A DNA stretch of 64,000 nt from Eledone cirrhosa (Eukaryota): positions 137,020,001 to 137,084,000 of the forward strand of contig OZ024741.1 in assembly GCA_964016885.1 (NCBI GenBank). The letters run 5' to 3'. Each line of letters starts with the position of its first letter. The stretch's first letter is position 1. The notes beneath the pieces are model-generated. The model ran no database searches and was not told the origin of the DNA. It saw only the letters and a program-made list of their open reading frames with translations. This document shows positions 34,730-47,230 of this stretch, piece after piece. The position numbers and the translations under genes were made by a program.

Positions 34730-35240
34730 ATCATTGTCATCACCATTTTACGTCCGTGTTCCATGCTGGCATGAATTGGATGGGTTCTGTTTTGAGACAA
34801 AACAGGTTAGATGATCATGTCTTCAGTTTAACATGGTTTCTACAGCTGGATACCCTTCTCAACACCAACCACTAAACAGGGTGGACTGGTTGTATTTTAT
34901 GGCATCATCACTAGCACTTTAGAGTGGTCTGGGTGTGTGTTTATTATGGCACCAGCACTACTACTTCACAGAGTGGGCTGGGTGTGTTTTATCATGGCAC
35001 CAGCATTACAAGTTTACAGAGTGGTCTGGGTGTGTTTTATCATGGCACCAGCATTACAAGTTTACAGAGTTGACTGGGTGTGTTTTATCATGCTACCAGC
35101 AATAGCACTTCACAGAGTGGTCTGGGTGTGTTTTATCATGGCACCAGCATTACAAGTTTACAGAGTTGGCTAGGTGTGTTTTATCATGCTACCAGCAATA
35201 GCACTTTACAGAGGGTGTGTTTTATGATGGCACCAGTGCC
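34730..35240 (-). repeat. Non-autonomous element with ~8 tandem 48-bp module units plus RTE-type tail
   Basis: 16-aa periodicity in overlapping ORFs (FIMAPALQVYRVVWVC); tail at 34730-34790. Confidence 0.85.
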
Positions 35241-35677
35241 ACCACTTGTACCATATACATTTCAGTGTGACATTTCATATTTTAATGCAAACATTTCAAG
35301 ACAGTTTTATGGAATAAACTTTTGTTAATTTATGTTCCTATTAACCATTCCGATAACACAAAATATCTTATACTAAAAATTGCAGCAAATTCATGTTTAT
35401 TTTCAAAGTTAATTGAAATAGCGAGGTAGTATATTTAATTTGAAATATTGTCATAAAGTAGTTAACTTATGATAATGGTGATGATGAGTAAAGAAAAAAA
35501 TGAAATTCGTCTATTAAAAATTCACTGGTTTATAGACATACACATACATGCATATACGCACACATTTGCACACACAAACAGGCACACATGCATGCACTCA
35601 CACATACAGATACATACACAACATCATGTCGTTTTATGGTCGTAATTGTCTGTTATGTTTTTTTTCCTTTCTTTCAG

Positions 35678-36404
35678 CAAATTTTGAGTGTAGTAGAAAA
35701 CGAATTTGATAGTTCTTCAAAAAAGAAAGACACCCCTCCACCACCTAGCAAAAAAAAAGGAAGGAAATTAGTGATCGAGGAAGTTGACGGGAATGAAGAA
35801 GTGTTGTCCCCAGATATTAATAGAAACTTCTTAACGAATAACTTTCAAAACGGCAAAGATGCTAAAGAAAAAAGCCCAGAAAAGTCTGATAAAAAAGTGC
35901 CAGAAAAGTCTGATAAAAAAGTGTCAGAAAATTCTCCTGAAAAAACTGAAGGTAGCAAGCAGTCTTCAGCAAAGTGCAGTGGGAAAGAATCAAAACAAAA
36001 GAAAAACCTTAAGAACAAGCTTGATTCTAAAGTTAATGTTGAGAGTAGTAAACAGACATCTGGAAATAGTGTGAGCAATAATTGTATGAAAGATATTGTC
36101 AATAGTGATAAATCTGAAGCAGATATTAAAGCCCCGGGAGAGTGTGCTAGCACCAAAAATCCCAAAATTACTACCAATAAATCTAAAGACAGTTTTTCCC
36201 AACACTGTGATAGTCATACCAAACAGGATATTGTAGATACCAAGCCAACAGATTTGAACAAATATAGTCCCCAGGTTTATATACACCGACCATTAACTCC
36301 AAAGATCTTGTCATTGAAAACCTCTGGTAATGATATGTTTCTGAGAGGCCGCTATTCTGAAGCCCTGGATTATTACACAAAAGCAATAGATCTTCTAGAA
36401 CAAG
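35678..36404 (+). CDS. SPAG1: SPAG1 coding exon 11 (727 nt; KGRKLVIEEVD, long K/S-rich linker, start of TPR cluster 2)
   Basis: tttcag acceptor, gtaagc donor; lies inside ORF 35588..36520; ends LKTSGNDMFLRGRYSEALDYYTKAIDLLEQ. Confidence 0.93.
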
Positions 36405-36494
36405 GTAAGCTATATGACTTGTATAATTTCTTGGTATTTATGTCAATTATTTTAATGGAAAAAATTTTCTTTTTATTATTTTGGGGTTGCACAA

Positions 36495-36714
36495 GGGCAG
36501 TGGATTGGCAGTATCGGTAGAATGTCGGACACTATGCTTTGTGGCATATAGTTATGGCCCTTTACGTTCTGAGTTTAGATCCCGCCGAAGTTAATTTTGC
36601 CTTTCATTCTTATGGGGCCGATAGAATAAAGCACTAGTAATGCACTGGGTCGATTTAATCGACTTTCCCCTCTCTCCAAATTGCTGGCCTTGTGCCTATA
36701 GTAGAAATCATTAT
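36495..36714 (+). mobile_element. tRNA-headed SINE family 1
   Basis: Same head, B-box and body as 43800..43990. Confidence 0.8.
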
Positions 36715-37543
36715 TTTGGGGTTGAACTTGTCTGGCAAATAACTTGATCTGTGATCATGTGTGGAAATTAAAACCATTACATTGTGGAAGAGTAATTTTA
36801 GCCACAGTTTTACTTGTTTGGCAGATGACTTGAACTGAGACTGTTAATATCGTGGAACAATCATTTTAGCGACAGTTGTTCTTGTCCAGCAAGTGTCTTG
36901 ACTGGTGATCGTATGTTGAAACTAAAGTCATTAAATTGTGGAAGAGCCATTTTAGCCAGTTGGTTTTGCCCATAAAATCTGCCCAGTGATTCTTTCCTGA
37001 TACATTCTAACCATGTGTGTGTATATATATATATATATATATGCCATCCAGCTGTAGAAAGCTTGTCAAGCAAAGGATTGGGAGGACACTTCAGTCATGC
37101 AAGGACATGGCAGCCTCTCTAGTGTTGGTGATCTACATGATAAACGCACCTAGTACACGATGTAAAGTGGTTGGTTACAGGAAGGACATCCATCTCTAGA
37201 AAGCTTGCCAAACAAAAGGTTGGAAGGACCCTCAGTGTGTCAAAGACAATTTCACCTGTGCACTCAGTAGAACGTGGGACTGTACATAAGCGAGATGTAG
37301 ATCCCTGGCCTCACTTCAGTACTGACTTTGTCTATGTAGACTCGTCCAACCCTTGCTAGCAAGGATTGGATGATGATGATGATGATATATATATCATCGT
37401 CATTTTCATTGTCGTCCTTTTAACATCCACTTTTCCTGACATTCCTGAAAATTTCATATGAATGATATAGTTCTAGTACTGTAAAAGTCATTTCTGTATA
37501 ATATAGATATATATTCAGTTATAATTCTCTGTTGTTCTTTCAG

Positions 37544-37718
37544 AAAATGTAGATCAGACAGTCAATCTGTCCCTAATCTACAGTAACAGAGCAGCATGTT
37601 CTTTAAAGATGGGCCAATGTCGCAACAGTATTTCAGATTGCACCACATCTCTGAAGCTGGTTCCTTATTGTGTGAAGCCCTTGCTACGTCGAGCTGCTGC
37701 TTATGAAACCCTTGAAAA
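37544..37718 (+). CDS. SPAG1: SPAG1 coding exon 12 (ENVDQTVNLSLIYSNRAACSLKMG...KPLLRRAAAYETLE-K)
   Basis: tttcag acceptor, gtaaga donor; TPR motifs YSNRAAC and KPLLRRA. Confidence 0.95.
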
Positions 37719-37843
37719 GTAAGATATTTGCTTCTACCTTTCTCTCTTTCTCTCTCTTTCATCCTTTCCCTCTCTATCTTTCTCCTCCCTCCCTGATTAT
37801 ATTACTAAGCAATTGATCCTCTGTTTATTATGTATATTTTCAG

Positions 37844-37924
37844 GTATGACATGGCCTATGTTGATTATAGGTATGTCTTGGCTGTTAACAACACAGTGGA
37901 AAGTGCCCTGCAAGGTTCCTCAAG
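37844..37924 (+). CDS. SPAG1: SPAG1 coding exon 13 (YDMAYVDYRYVLAVNNTVESALQGSS-R)
   Basis: tttcag acceptor, gtttgt donor; AYVDY motif. Confidence 0.92.
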
Positions 37925-38144
37925 GTTTGTATGAAATTCTTTTGTTCTTTTACTGGTTTTAATCATTGGACATGCTGGGGCACTACCTTCAAGGTTTTTT
38001 TTAGTTGATTTTATTAGTTGATCCTAGTATTTTGGTGACTATTTCAATGAACTGTTAAATATAGACTAGTTATAAAGGGAGGTAACTGATATGGAACTAA
38101 ATAACAAGGTATTTTTGTGCAGGACACTGATTTTGCCACCTACT

Positions 38145-38176
<32 letters not shown>

Positions 38177-38884
38177 CATCATTTAACGTTCGTTTTCTCT
38201 ACTAGCAAGTATACACACACACATATATATCATAATCATCACCATTTAACGTCCATTTTTCCACACTAGCTTGTGCTAGATGAGTTGTCCTGTTGTGAAA
38301 CAAGTCAGATCAGATGACCATGTATCGCTCAAACAGAACTGATTTGGGCTTGGTTTCTGTGGTTGGATGCTCTCCCTAACACCAACCACATTTACAGTGT
38401 AGACTGGGTACTTTTTGTCGTATGGATAGGAGAGGTAGATCCAGGGATTGGGGACTTATCAGGTGAGAGGTGGGGGTAGGGACATGGGTGAAGGGTAGGG
38501 TGTTTAGAATGTATGTGGGGAAGGGAGGGGGAAAGAGGTGCATACAGAGTGCATGCTTCTGTCTGCATTTTTTCTTGTTCTTTGCTCTATTAAAATCCTG
38601 CTCTGGTATACTTTGCCTTTTATCCTCTTGGTGCTGATAAAGTCTCTGTCCAGGGGCAGTGGATTGGCAGAATTGTAAAAGTATCAGACATGATGCTTTG
38701 TAGTGTTTGGCTTTCTGGTTTCAAATCCTGTCTCTTCCTACATGGATGTGTGCTTGGCAGATAGTATTAGTAATAGATGGTGTGTTTCTTTGGTCTGACA
38801 ATTGGTTCCTTTCCTTTTTTTTTTTTTGCAAACCTTGAGAATAGTGATTACAGTTTTTGTTTTTCCCTCTCATTATTTTCAAAG

Positions 38885-39224
38885 ATGTAGCCAAATCATG
38901 ATTCAACAACATGGTTATTCTTGGCGGGATAAACTGCCAGCAATGGTTTCAATAACTTCTGCAGACATTCCAGTTATTAAACAACTCCCAGACTCAGATG
39001 TTCCTGATTCATCTGTGAAGGAGTCAGATGCTGCCACTGTGAAAGGCAGTAGTAACAAGAAAGCAGCTGAAAAACAGAAGAAGAGCGAAAGTGTGAAGTC
39101 AAATAAAACACAGGCACCAAATGTAGAGAAAACCAGTGGAAGTCTGCCGAATGTCCCCAAAACATTATCCAAGGAGGAGAAGTTTGAGGAACTTAAAGCT
39201 GAAGGAAACCAGTTTGTGAAAGAA
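38885..39224 (+). CDS. SPAG1: SPAG1 coding exon 14 (CSQIMIQQHGYSWRDKLP...FEELKAEGNQFVKE)
   Basis: caaag acceptor, gtaagt donor; G..WR.KL motif and start of TPR cluster 3. Confidence 0.92.
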
Positions 39225-39297
39225 GTAAGTAGCAAGATTCAAATACTAATCCTTCTTTTTTTATTAAACTAGCCTTCCAGTATTATCATCATTTTAT

Positions 39298-39648
39298 ATC
39301 ATCATTTTATGTCCGCTTTTCCCTGCTTGCAAGGGTGGGACGGGAACTGATTCTGGCTTGAGTTCTACAGCTGGATGCCCTTCCTAACACCAACCTCATT
39401 TACAGTGAGTGCTGGGTGCTTTTTTTCCGTGGCACCTACACATCCACTTTATAGTGTGTGCTGGGTGCTTTTTTGCTGTGGCACCTCCATGACCACTTTG
39501 CAGTGGAATGATAGGGACCCCAGTCCCTATCATCTCATTTCTACAGCTGAGTAAACTGGAGCAATGTGAAATAAAGTGTCTTGCTCAAGGAAACAACACT
39601 TTCGATTGCAAGGCCAATGCTCTAACCACTAAGCCATGTGCCTCCATT
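39298..39648 (-). mobile_element. tRNA-headed SINE family 2
   Basis: Reverse complement of 32961..33273 with an extra module unit; abuts the tail of LINE family C. Confidence 0.88.
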
Positions 39649-42600
39649 CATCATCACCGTTTTACGTCCGTTCTTCCACGCTAGCATGGGTTAGACGGGT
39701 TGTCCTGTTGTGGGCAGTGTCTGGTCGGCTGACCATGCCTTGCTCATACAGGAACTGATCTGGCTTGATTTCTACAGCTGGATGCCCTTCCTAACACCAA
39801 CCTCATTTACAGTGAGTGCTGGGTGCTTTTTCGTGGCGCCTACACGTTCACTTTACAGTGTGGGCTGGGTGCTTTTTTGCCGTGGCACCTCCACGACCAC
39901 CTTGCGGTGGGGGGAGTGGGGGCATATTGTTTATATGCTTCAGCATGTACCCATGGGAGGTCGGGTACCCTGTATTACTGCGTGACGCCAGAAGTCACGG
40001 TCGTGTGTCATTGACTTTGAGAGGTGTAGTTGGGTAAGGTCGGCTTTTATCACCTCATCCCAAGTCATCTTGGGTCTCCCCACTCCACGGTTTCCATCAA
40101 CTTCTAGTGCTCTGCACCTTTTTATGCAGCTGTCATCCTTCATACGCATCACATGTCCATACCAGCGTAACCGCCTCTCCTGCACGCAGCATTTGATTCC
40201 TCTTATGCTCAGTCTCTCTCTCAATTCCTTTATGCTTTGTCGTTCACGTATATTACTGTTACACATCCATCGGAGCATGCAGGCTTCGTTTCTCTCTAAT
40301 CTACGTAAGTCTTCCACCTTCAGCGCCCAGGTCTCACTACCATGCAACATCGCTGTTCGGATACACGCATCATACAGTCTGCCTTTCATTCTGAGGGAGA
40401 AGCCTTTTGCAGCTAGCAGTGGTAGTAGTTCCCTAAACTTCTTCCATCCCGTTCTTACCCTAGTTATTGTACTTTCTGAGCACCCACCTCCGTTGCTAAT
40501 TTGGTCACCTAGGTAGGAGAAGCTGTCTACTGTTTCTACAGGGCCCTCCCAGAGATTGGTGGTACTTGTTTCCTGTGGCTGTTTGCTTGCTGTTTCAGCA
40601 CAGCTGCTGCATGTGAATCCTACATTCTTAATTAAGCTTCCTGAGATCCCGCTACATCTCTTGTGTACCCATTGTTTGCATTTGGGGCAGAGAATGGAGT
40701 TCCTACCTACACCTTTCCTACATACTGAGCAAGGCCATTTCCCTGAGGGGATCTGGGTTCTGTTTTCTCGTCTACTTACAAGGACCTTAGTCTTTGTCAT
40801 GTTGACTTTGAGGCCCTTTCTCTCTAGTCCCTGCTTCCAGGTTTGGAATTTATTCTCTAGTTCTACCATAGATTCAGCTATGAGTGCGAGGTCATCAGCA
40901 TACAGGAGTTCCCATGGGCATCCGGTCTTAAACTCCTCCGTTATTGCCTGCAGGACTATGATGAACAGGAGAGGGCTAAGAACAGAGCCCTGGTGGACCC
41001 CAACCTGTACGCTAAATTCCTCGCTATACTCATTGCTAATCCTAACTTTGCTGACTGCTCCCCTATACATGGCTTGTACCGCTTTCACAAGCCATTCATC
41101 TACTCATAGTTTTCTAAGAGCCCACCAGATTACTGCACGTGGAACTCTGTCAAAGGCTTTCTCAAGGTCGACAAATGCCAAGTAGAGTGGCTTACTTTTA
41201 GCTAGGTACTTTTCCTGTAATTGCCTCACAAGAAAGAGGGCATCAGTGGTGCCTTTCCCTGGTACAAACCCAAATTGCATCTCGTCTATATTCACCCGGT
41301 CCCTAATCAGCTGTGCTATAACTCTTTCTGTTACTTTCATGACCTGGTCCATCAACTTTATACCTCTATAGTTTCCTCTATCTAGTGCATCGCCTTTACC
41401 TTTGTAGCAGTTGACAATGATGCTACTGCACCAATCTTTTGGTATGGCCCCTTCTAGTATTACCTGGTTAACGATACGTGTGGTTATAGTGTGACCTACA
41501 GACCCAGATGCCTTCAGCATCTCGGCAGCTATACCCGATGGACCGGTTGCCTTCCCTATCTTCATATCTCTGATTGCCTTACTTACTACGCTGCCGCTGA
41601 CTTGTACTGCTGGTCCCTCTATAGGGTCTACGTGGGGTAGGGTCTCTTCTTCCCATGCATTCTCCTCATTTAGTAATCTATCATAATGACTCTTCCATGC
41701 ATCTTTCTTCTCAGCACTTGTGAGGGCAAGCTCACCTTTATCATTCCGGATACACTTCTCTCCAATGACATCACAACTATCTCTGACACACTGCCTCGCA
41801 ATCTTGAATACCTCCTGTTTCTGGTCCTCACGTTGTAAAACATGCTTGAATTTTCTATCCTCTGCTTCCGTCCTAGCTAAGTATACTTGTCGCCTAGCTT
41901 CCCTCTTGGTCTCTATGTAATGTACCCTGCTCCCCCCGTTCTTCCATTCTTTCCATGCCTGTCTTTTGGCCTTGACTGCTTCATCTACCTTATTGTTCCA
42001 CCACCAAGTCACTCTCCTCCTGCTTGAGGTCTTACTCCAGCCACAAACCTCATCCGTCGCCTCTAGTAAGTTATTTTTTAGGAACTCCTAGTTCTCTTCT
42101 ACGTTAAATGTCTCTATCTGTTCTTCTTTACTGTCGTAGGCGTTGAGTAAAATATCTTTAAATCTGTTACTGGTTGAGGGGACTTTCAGCTTCCAGATCT
42201 TTCTTCTCCAGGTTGGCCTCTGTTTCCGGGTTCGTCTAGTTCTGACCGTGAGGTCGCTGACAACTAAGCTATGTTGGGATGTACATTCCTCACTAGGGAA
42301 GGCTTTTGTGTTTACGACCGTCCATCTGTCACGTCCTCTGATGAGGATAAAATCTAACTGACTAGAGTGCTCCCCTGATCTATAGGTGATCAGGTGGTTG
42401 TCGGGTTTTTTAAAGTTTGTGTTACATATCGACATGTCATTGGCGTCGCAGAATTCTAGAAGTCTGAATCCTTCCTCATTCCTTGTGCCAACTCCATGGC
42501 CTCCATGTACTCTATTGAAGCCGTCGCAGTGTTTACTTACGTGTCCGTTAAAATCTCCTGCAATGATTAGGAAGTCCTTGTCGTCTGTTAGAGCAGTAGT

Positions 42601-43790
42601 GTGTATTAGGGACTCGTAAAACCTATCCTTAAGTTCGTCTGGCAGCCCCGATTGGGGTGCGTAAGCTGATATTATTGTGGTAATTGTCTTATTCAGGACT
42701 AGTCTAAGTTTAATGATTCTTGCATTTACCCTGTACACTGAGATTACTTTATCTACCCACTTGTCAGCTAATAGTATACCTACACCACCCATCCCATCGT
42801 CATTTCCCACCCAGAAAAATTTGTAGCACTGGCTTTTTCCTACAAGGACTCTAGCAGACCCTCCTCTCCATCTAGTCTCTTGCACACAGCATACATCAAC
42901 TTCCTTTCGCTCTAGCATTTCTACGATTTCTCCTGCTCTTCCTTTCATTGAGCCTACATTGATGGTACCAACTCGGAGTTTTGGGCATTTGTCGACACTC
43001 GTAGGGGAGGGTCTCTGGGTTGGCGCTTCACGTGGGTGCTTGGTAGCTCGCAGATTCATATTTCATCTATTGATTCAGAGTTGCTCAAATGTATTCTCAG
43101 CTCATCCATCCATAACGGTGGGAAAATTGAGGGCTAGAAGAACAGTGGTGGTGGGGTAATGGCAGGGTGTGTTGGGATGCGCCAGAGGAGGAGAGAGTTA
43201 ATTAGGCAGGTAGTAGCAGCAGCAGTGGAAATGGCATGCTAGGTTTGATTGGTCGAATAGACTATGGTGGGGTGGGGGGGACTTGTGAGGTAGGAAGTGA
43301 GGGTCGCATGGTAAATAACTGAGAGAGATACAATAGAATTAGAATACCGCATGGTAAATATCCAAGTTAATACTACATCAGTAAAATTAACAATAACGTC
43401 ATGAAAAACTACTAAGAAAAAACCCTCGAAAATTTATCGCTAATACAGCAGGGAACATCATTAATCATTAATATTAACAACAATATGTAGGCTAAAATAC
43501 CTTCGTAGATTAGTAAGGATGGATGGATGGATGGCTGGAAAAATTGGAATCAACTCTAGTGATACATTTTAGCAGAGAAGAATGGGAAAGTGTCTTATCT
43601 CTTCAATATTTTCAGATTGAATGAATTAGGTTAAAGACAGGGTAGTAAACCTTAAAGAGGTGCATAGAGAGGGGTGGGGGGTAGGAAGTGAGGGTCGCAT
43701 GGTAAATAACTGAGAGAGATACAATAGAATTAGAATACCGCATGGTAAATATCCAAGTTAATACTACATCAGTAAAATTAACAATAATAT
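39649..43790 (-). mobile_element. RTE-clade LINE, family C, near full length
   Basis: ORFs 42088..43059, 41104..42012 and 39940..41088 share one frame, broken only by two stops; 3' UTR with two module units and tail; long 5' UTR. Confidence 0.94.
39940..43059 (-). pseudogene. RTE ORF (APE-RT-PHD, ~1039 codons) with two in-frame nonsense codons
   Basis: Stops at 42088-42090 and 41104-41106; no frameshift. Confidence 0.92.
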
Positions 43791-43799
43791 ATATTTATA

Positions 43800-43990
43800 G
43801 GGCGGTGGATTGGCAGTATCGGTAGAGGGTCGGTGCCATGCTTTGACGCATAGAGTTACGGCCCTTATCATTCTGAGTTCAAATCCTGCCGAGGTTAACT
43901 TTGCCTTTCATCCTTACGGGGTCGATAAAATAAAGTACCAGTTATGTACTGGGTAATTGCTGGCCTTGTGCCAAAAGTAGAAACAATTAT
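43800..43990 (+). mobile_element. tRNA-headed SINE family 1 (best copy; Meta-like domain)
   Basis: B-box GAGTTCAAATCC; GCCTTTCATCCTTACGGGGTCGATAAAATAAAGTACCAG resembles the Meta/Sauria central domain as I recall it. Further degraded copies near 1070, 4550, 8850, 10700, 17320, 50360 and 62400. Confidence 0.82.
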
Positions 43991-44000
43991 ATATATTTAT

Positions 44001-44495
44001 ATCATCATCATCATCATCATCGTTTAACGTCCATCTTCCACGCTTGCATGGGTTTGGACGGGAGTTTTCCCACTTGAGGCAAGATTGGTTGTCCTGTTCG
44101 TATAGGACTGTCTGGTGGGTTTTCTACGGCTAGATGCCCTTCCTAACACCAACCATGTTTACAGTGTGGACTGGGAGGTTTTTACCGTGTTACCTACACG
44201 ACCACATTACAGCGTTGACTGTGTGTTTTTTTCTCGTGACACCTACACGTTTGGCGGGTTTTCTACGGCTGGGTGCCCTCCCCAACACCAACCACGTTTA
44301 CAGTGTGGACTGGGAGGTTTTTACCGTGTTACCTACACGGCCACATTACAGCGTGGACTGTGTGTTTTTTTTGTCGTGACACCTACACGACCTCATTTGT
44401 TTCGGACTGGATGTTGTGGTACCAACATAACTTCACATTTAAGGGGGTGGTGTGGATGGGGTGGGGGTAGTGGGATGGGGGTGTATTTTGTTATA
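44001..44495 (-). mobile_element. Family A 3' UTR-only copy with internal duplication
   Basis: Reverse complement of the family A 3' UTR; 44115-44250 duplicated at 44251-44390. Confidence 0.88.
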
Positions 44496-44529
44496 TTTTG
44501 TTATTTTTATATATATATATATACTTATC

Positions 44530-44879
44530 AAATATACACACCCCTCCCACTACCCCATCATGACCACCCCTTTCTCTGTAAAGTTATGTTGGTACCACAA
44601 CATTCAGTCCTAAACAAATGAGGTTGTGTAGGTGTCACGATAAAAAAACACACAGTCCACGCTGTAATGTGGCCGTGTAGGTAACACGGTAAGAACCTCC
44701 CAGTCCCACACTGTAAACGTGGTTGATGTTAGGAAGGGCATCCAGCTGTAGAAAACCTGCCAGACAGTCCCATACGAGTGAGACAAGCAATCTTGCCTCA
44801 AGTGGGACAATTCCTGTCTAAACCAATGCTAGCGTGGAAGATAGACGTTAAACGATGATCATGATGATGATGATGATGA
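44530..44879 (+). mobile_element. Family A 3' UTR-only copy
   Basis: AAATACAC..GTTATGTTGGTACCACAAC..module..(GAT)n. Confidence 0.88.
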
Positions 44880-45188
44880 CACATATATATATCATCACCA
44901 TCATCACCGTTTAGCGTCAATTTTTCCATGCTTGCATGGGTTAGATGGGCCATCCATGTTGGGAGACAAGCTTCTAGCATCAATCCTTCATAGTCGGCCT
45001 ATGAACTTTTCAGCCGACTCTTGAACAATAGTAGATAGACTAGAAAACAAAATAGAAAATGGTGGACATGTGAGTGTGTGTTGTTTTTAATTTTGTTTGT
45101 GTGTATCAGTGTATATATTGGTGGAATGGTCTGTACATTGTTTGTGATGGTGTCTAAGTGTGTCTGGCTCTATTAACATATATATATA

Positions 45189-46795
45189 CAGTGCCCCGCA
45201 AACGTTTACAACACATTAGGAAAAATGCGGTTTTAGGTATTTTTAATAAAGTTAGGGTAATGAAAATTTAACTACTGATAGAACATATAATGAGGCATTT
45301 AATGATACAATCATATTTAAAAAAAAATAACAAGGAAATAACTCATGAAGAAAAATCAATATTTTTATAACGCAAAAGTGTACAACACATTTATTAAATC
45401 ATCTCTTAATATTTCGTAGCGTAACCTTTGTTGCTGTAGGCGTTTGGAGTAGCCTCCTACAAACTTTTTGCATGTTTCTTGGCTAATATTTTTCCATTCT
45501 TCACAACAAATTTTCTTTATTTCAGGGATATTTTGGGGTTTCCTTTTTTGAATTCTGAGTTTCAGTTCTCTCCACAAATTTTCGATCGGGTTAAGATCTA
45601 GAGACTGACATGGCCATTTTAGAACATTTATTCCATTCGTACTTAACCAAGATTGTGTTAGCTTTGCAGTATGCTTTGGATCGTTATCTTGTTGAAAAAA
45701 CCAACCTGACTTTAAGCTGAGAGAATGTGCACTTTGATGTAAATTCCTTTGTAAAATACCTCTATAATAAGCGCCATCCATTCTTCCTTCTATTATTTCA
45801 ATATTTCCTACATCTGTGGCACTAAAACAACCCCAGACCATGATTGATCCACCTCCAAATTTTACAGTTCGAATAGTATTCTTCGGCGAATATTCCGTAC
45901 TTTTCTTTCTCCAGACTCTTGCCACAGCATTTCGACCAAAAAGTTCAATTTTTGATTCGTCCGACCAAAGTACATCTTCCCAAAATGATGCAGGTTTGAT
46001 GAGATGCTCATTTGCAAAGTTTCATCGACGAAGAACGTGTTTCCTCGTAAGAAGTAGTGTTTTCCTTGGAGACCTCGAGAAGATATCATATCGACGAAGT
46101 GAACGACTAATTGTATCTGTGCTCACTTTTACTCCACTTCCTTCTAGGTCATCCTGAAGATTTTTAAGAGTACACCGGGGTTCGTTGCCAACCTTTCTCG
46201 TCAATAACCGAGCTGCACGTTCCGTTATCTTTCTAGGACGACCAGAACTAATTAGAGGACAGATGGAATGATGAGATTTCCAGTGACGAATTATAGTACC
46301 AACTGAACTCAATGGCACATTTAACTGACAAGATATCTTTCTATAACCAACACCATTTGTATGAAGGTCTACAATGCGTTTACGGAGGTCTTGATCAATC
46401 AGTTTATTTTTCCCCATATTGTCAATGTTTACAGGACGGTTGTCAATGTTTACAGGATGGTTGTCAGACAAATAATGACATAATGTGTTTAATAGTCCTT
46501 AGAAGTTACCTTAAACCTAATCTAGAACATTCTACTGCATTTTAAATCTGAAAATTTAAGAATTTTCTTGAAAAAAAGGGATAAATATAAAATGTGTTGT
46601 AAACTTTTGCGTTATAAAAATATTGATTTTTTTCTTCATGAGTTATTTCCTTGTTATTTTTTAAAAAATATGATTGTATCATTAAATGCCTCATTATATG
46701 TTCTATCAGTAGTTAAATTTTCATTACCATAACTTTATTAAAAATACCTAAAACCGCATTTTTCCTAATGTGTTGTAAACTTTTGCGGGGCACTG
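45189..46795 (-). mobile_element. Tc1-family DNA transposon, IR/DR type, 1.6 kb
   Basis: TA|CAGTGCCCCGCAAA...TTTGCGGGGCACTG|TA; ~205-bp TIRs, each with outer and inner direct repeats (GCAAA.GT.TACAACACATT). Confidence 0.96.
45406..46417 (-). pseudogene. Tc1 transposase (DD34E), disabled
   Basis: MGKNK..HTH, SGRPRK, WSDESK, VKFGGGSIMVWGCF, QQDNDPKH, DLNPIENLW; in-frame TGA at 46022-46024 and a small deletion/frameshift before KGYATKY*. Confidence 0.93.
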
Positions 46796-46849
46796 TATGT
46801 GTGTGGTTTGTCTGTATATCAAATAGAAAAGAAATTATTAGTGACAAAT

Positions 46850-47230
46850 ATCATCATCATCATCATCACTGTTTAATGTCCGTTCTAGCATGGGTTAGAC
46901 GGGTTGTCCTGTCTGTTGTGGGCAGTGTCCGGTTAGCTGACCTTGTCTTGCTCATACGGGATTTCATCTGGCTTGATTTCTACAGCTGGATGCCCTTCCT
47001 AACACCAACCTCATTTACAGTGAGTGGTGGGAGCTTTTTTTTCTGTGGCGCCTACACGTTCACTTTACAGTGTAGGCTGGGTGCTTTTTTGCTGTGGCAC
47101 CTCCACGATCACTTTGCAGTGGGAGGGGGTGGGGGCATATTGTCTATATGCTTCAGCTTCGGCTTGTACCTGTGGGAAGTCGGGTCTTCTGTATTAATGC
47201 GTGACGCCAGAGGTCATGGTCGTGTGTCTC
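46850..47230 (-). mobile_element. RTE LINE family C, 3'-terminal fragment
   Basis: Homologous to 39649..40010. Confidence 0.88.
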
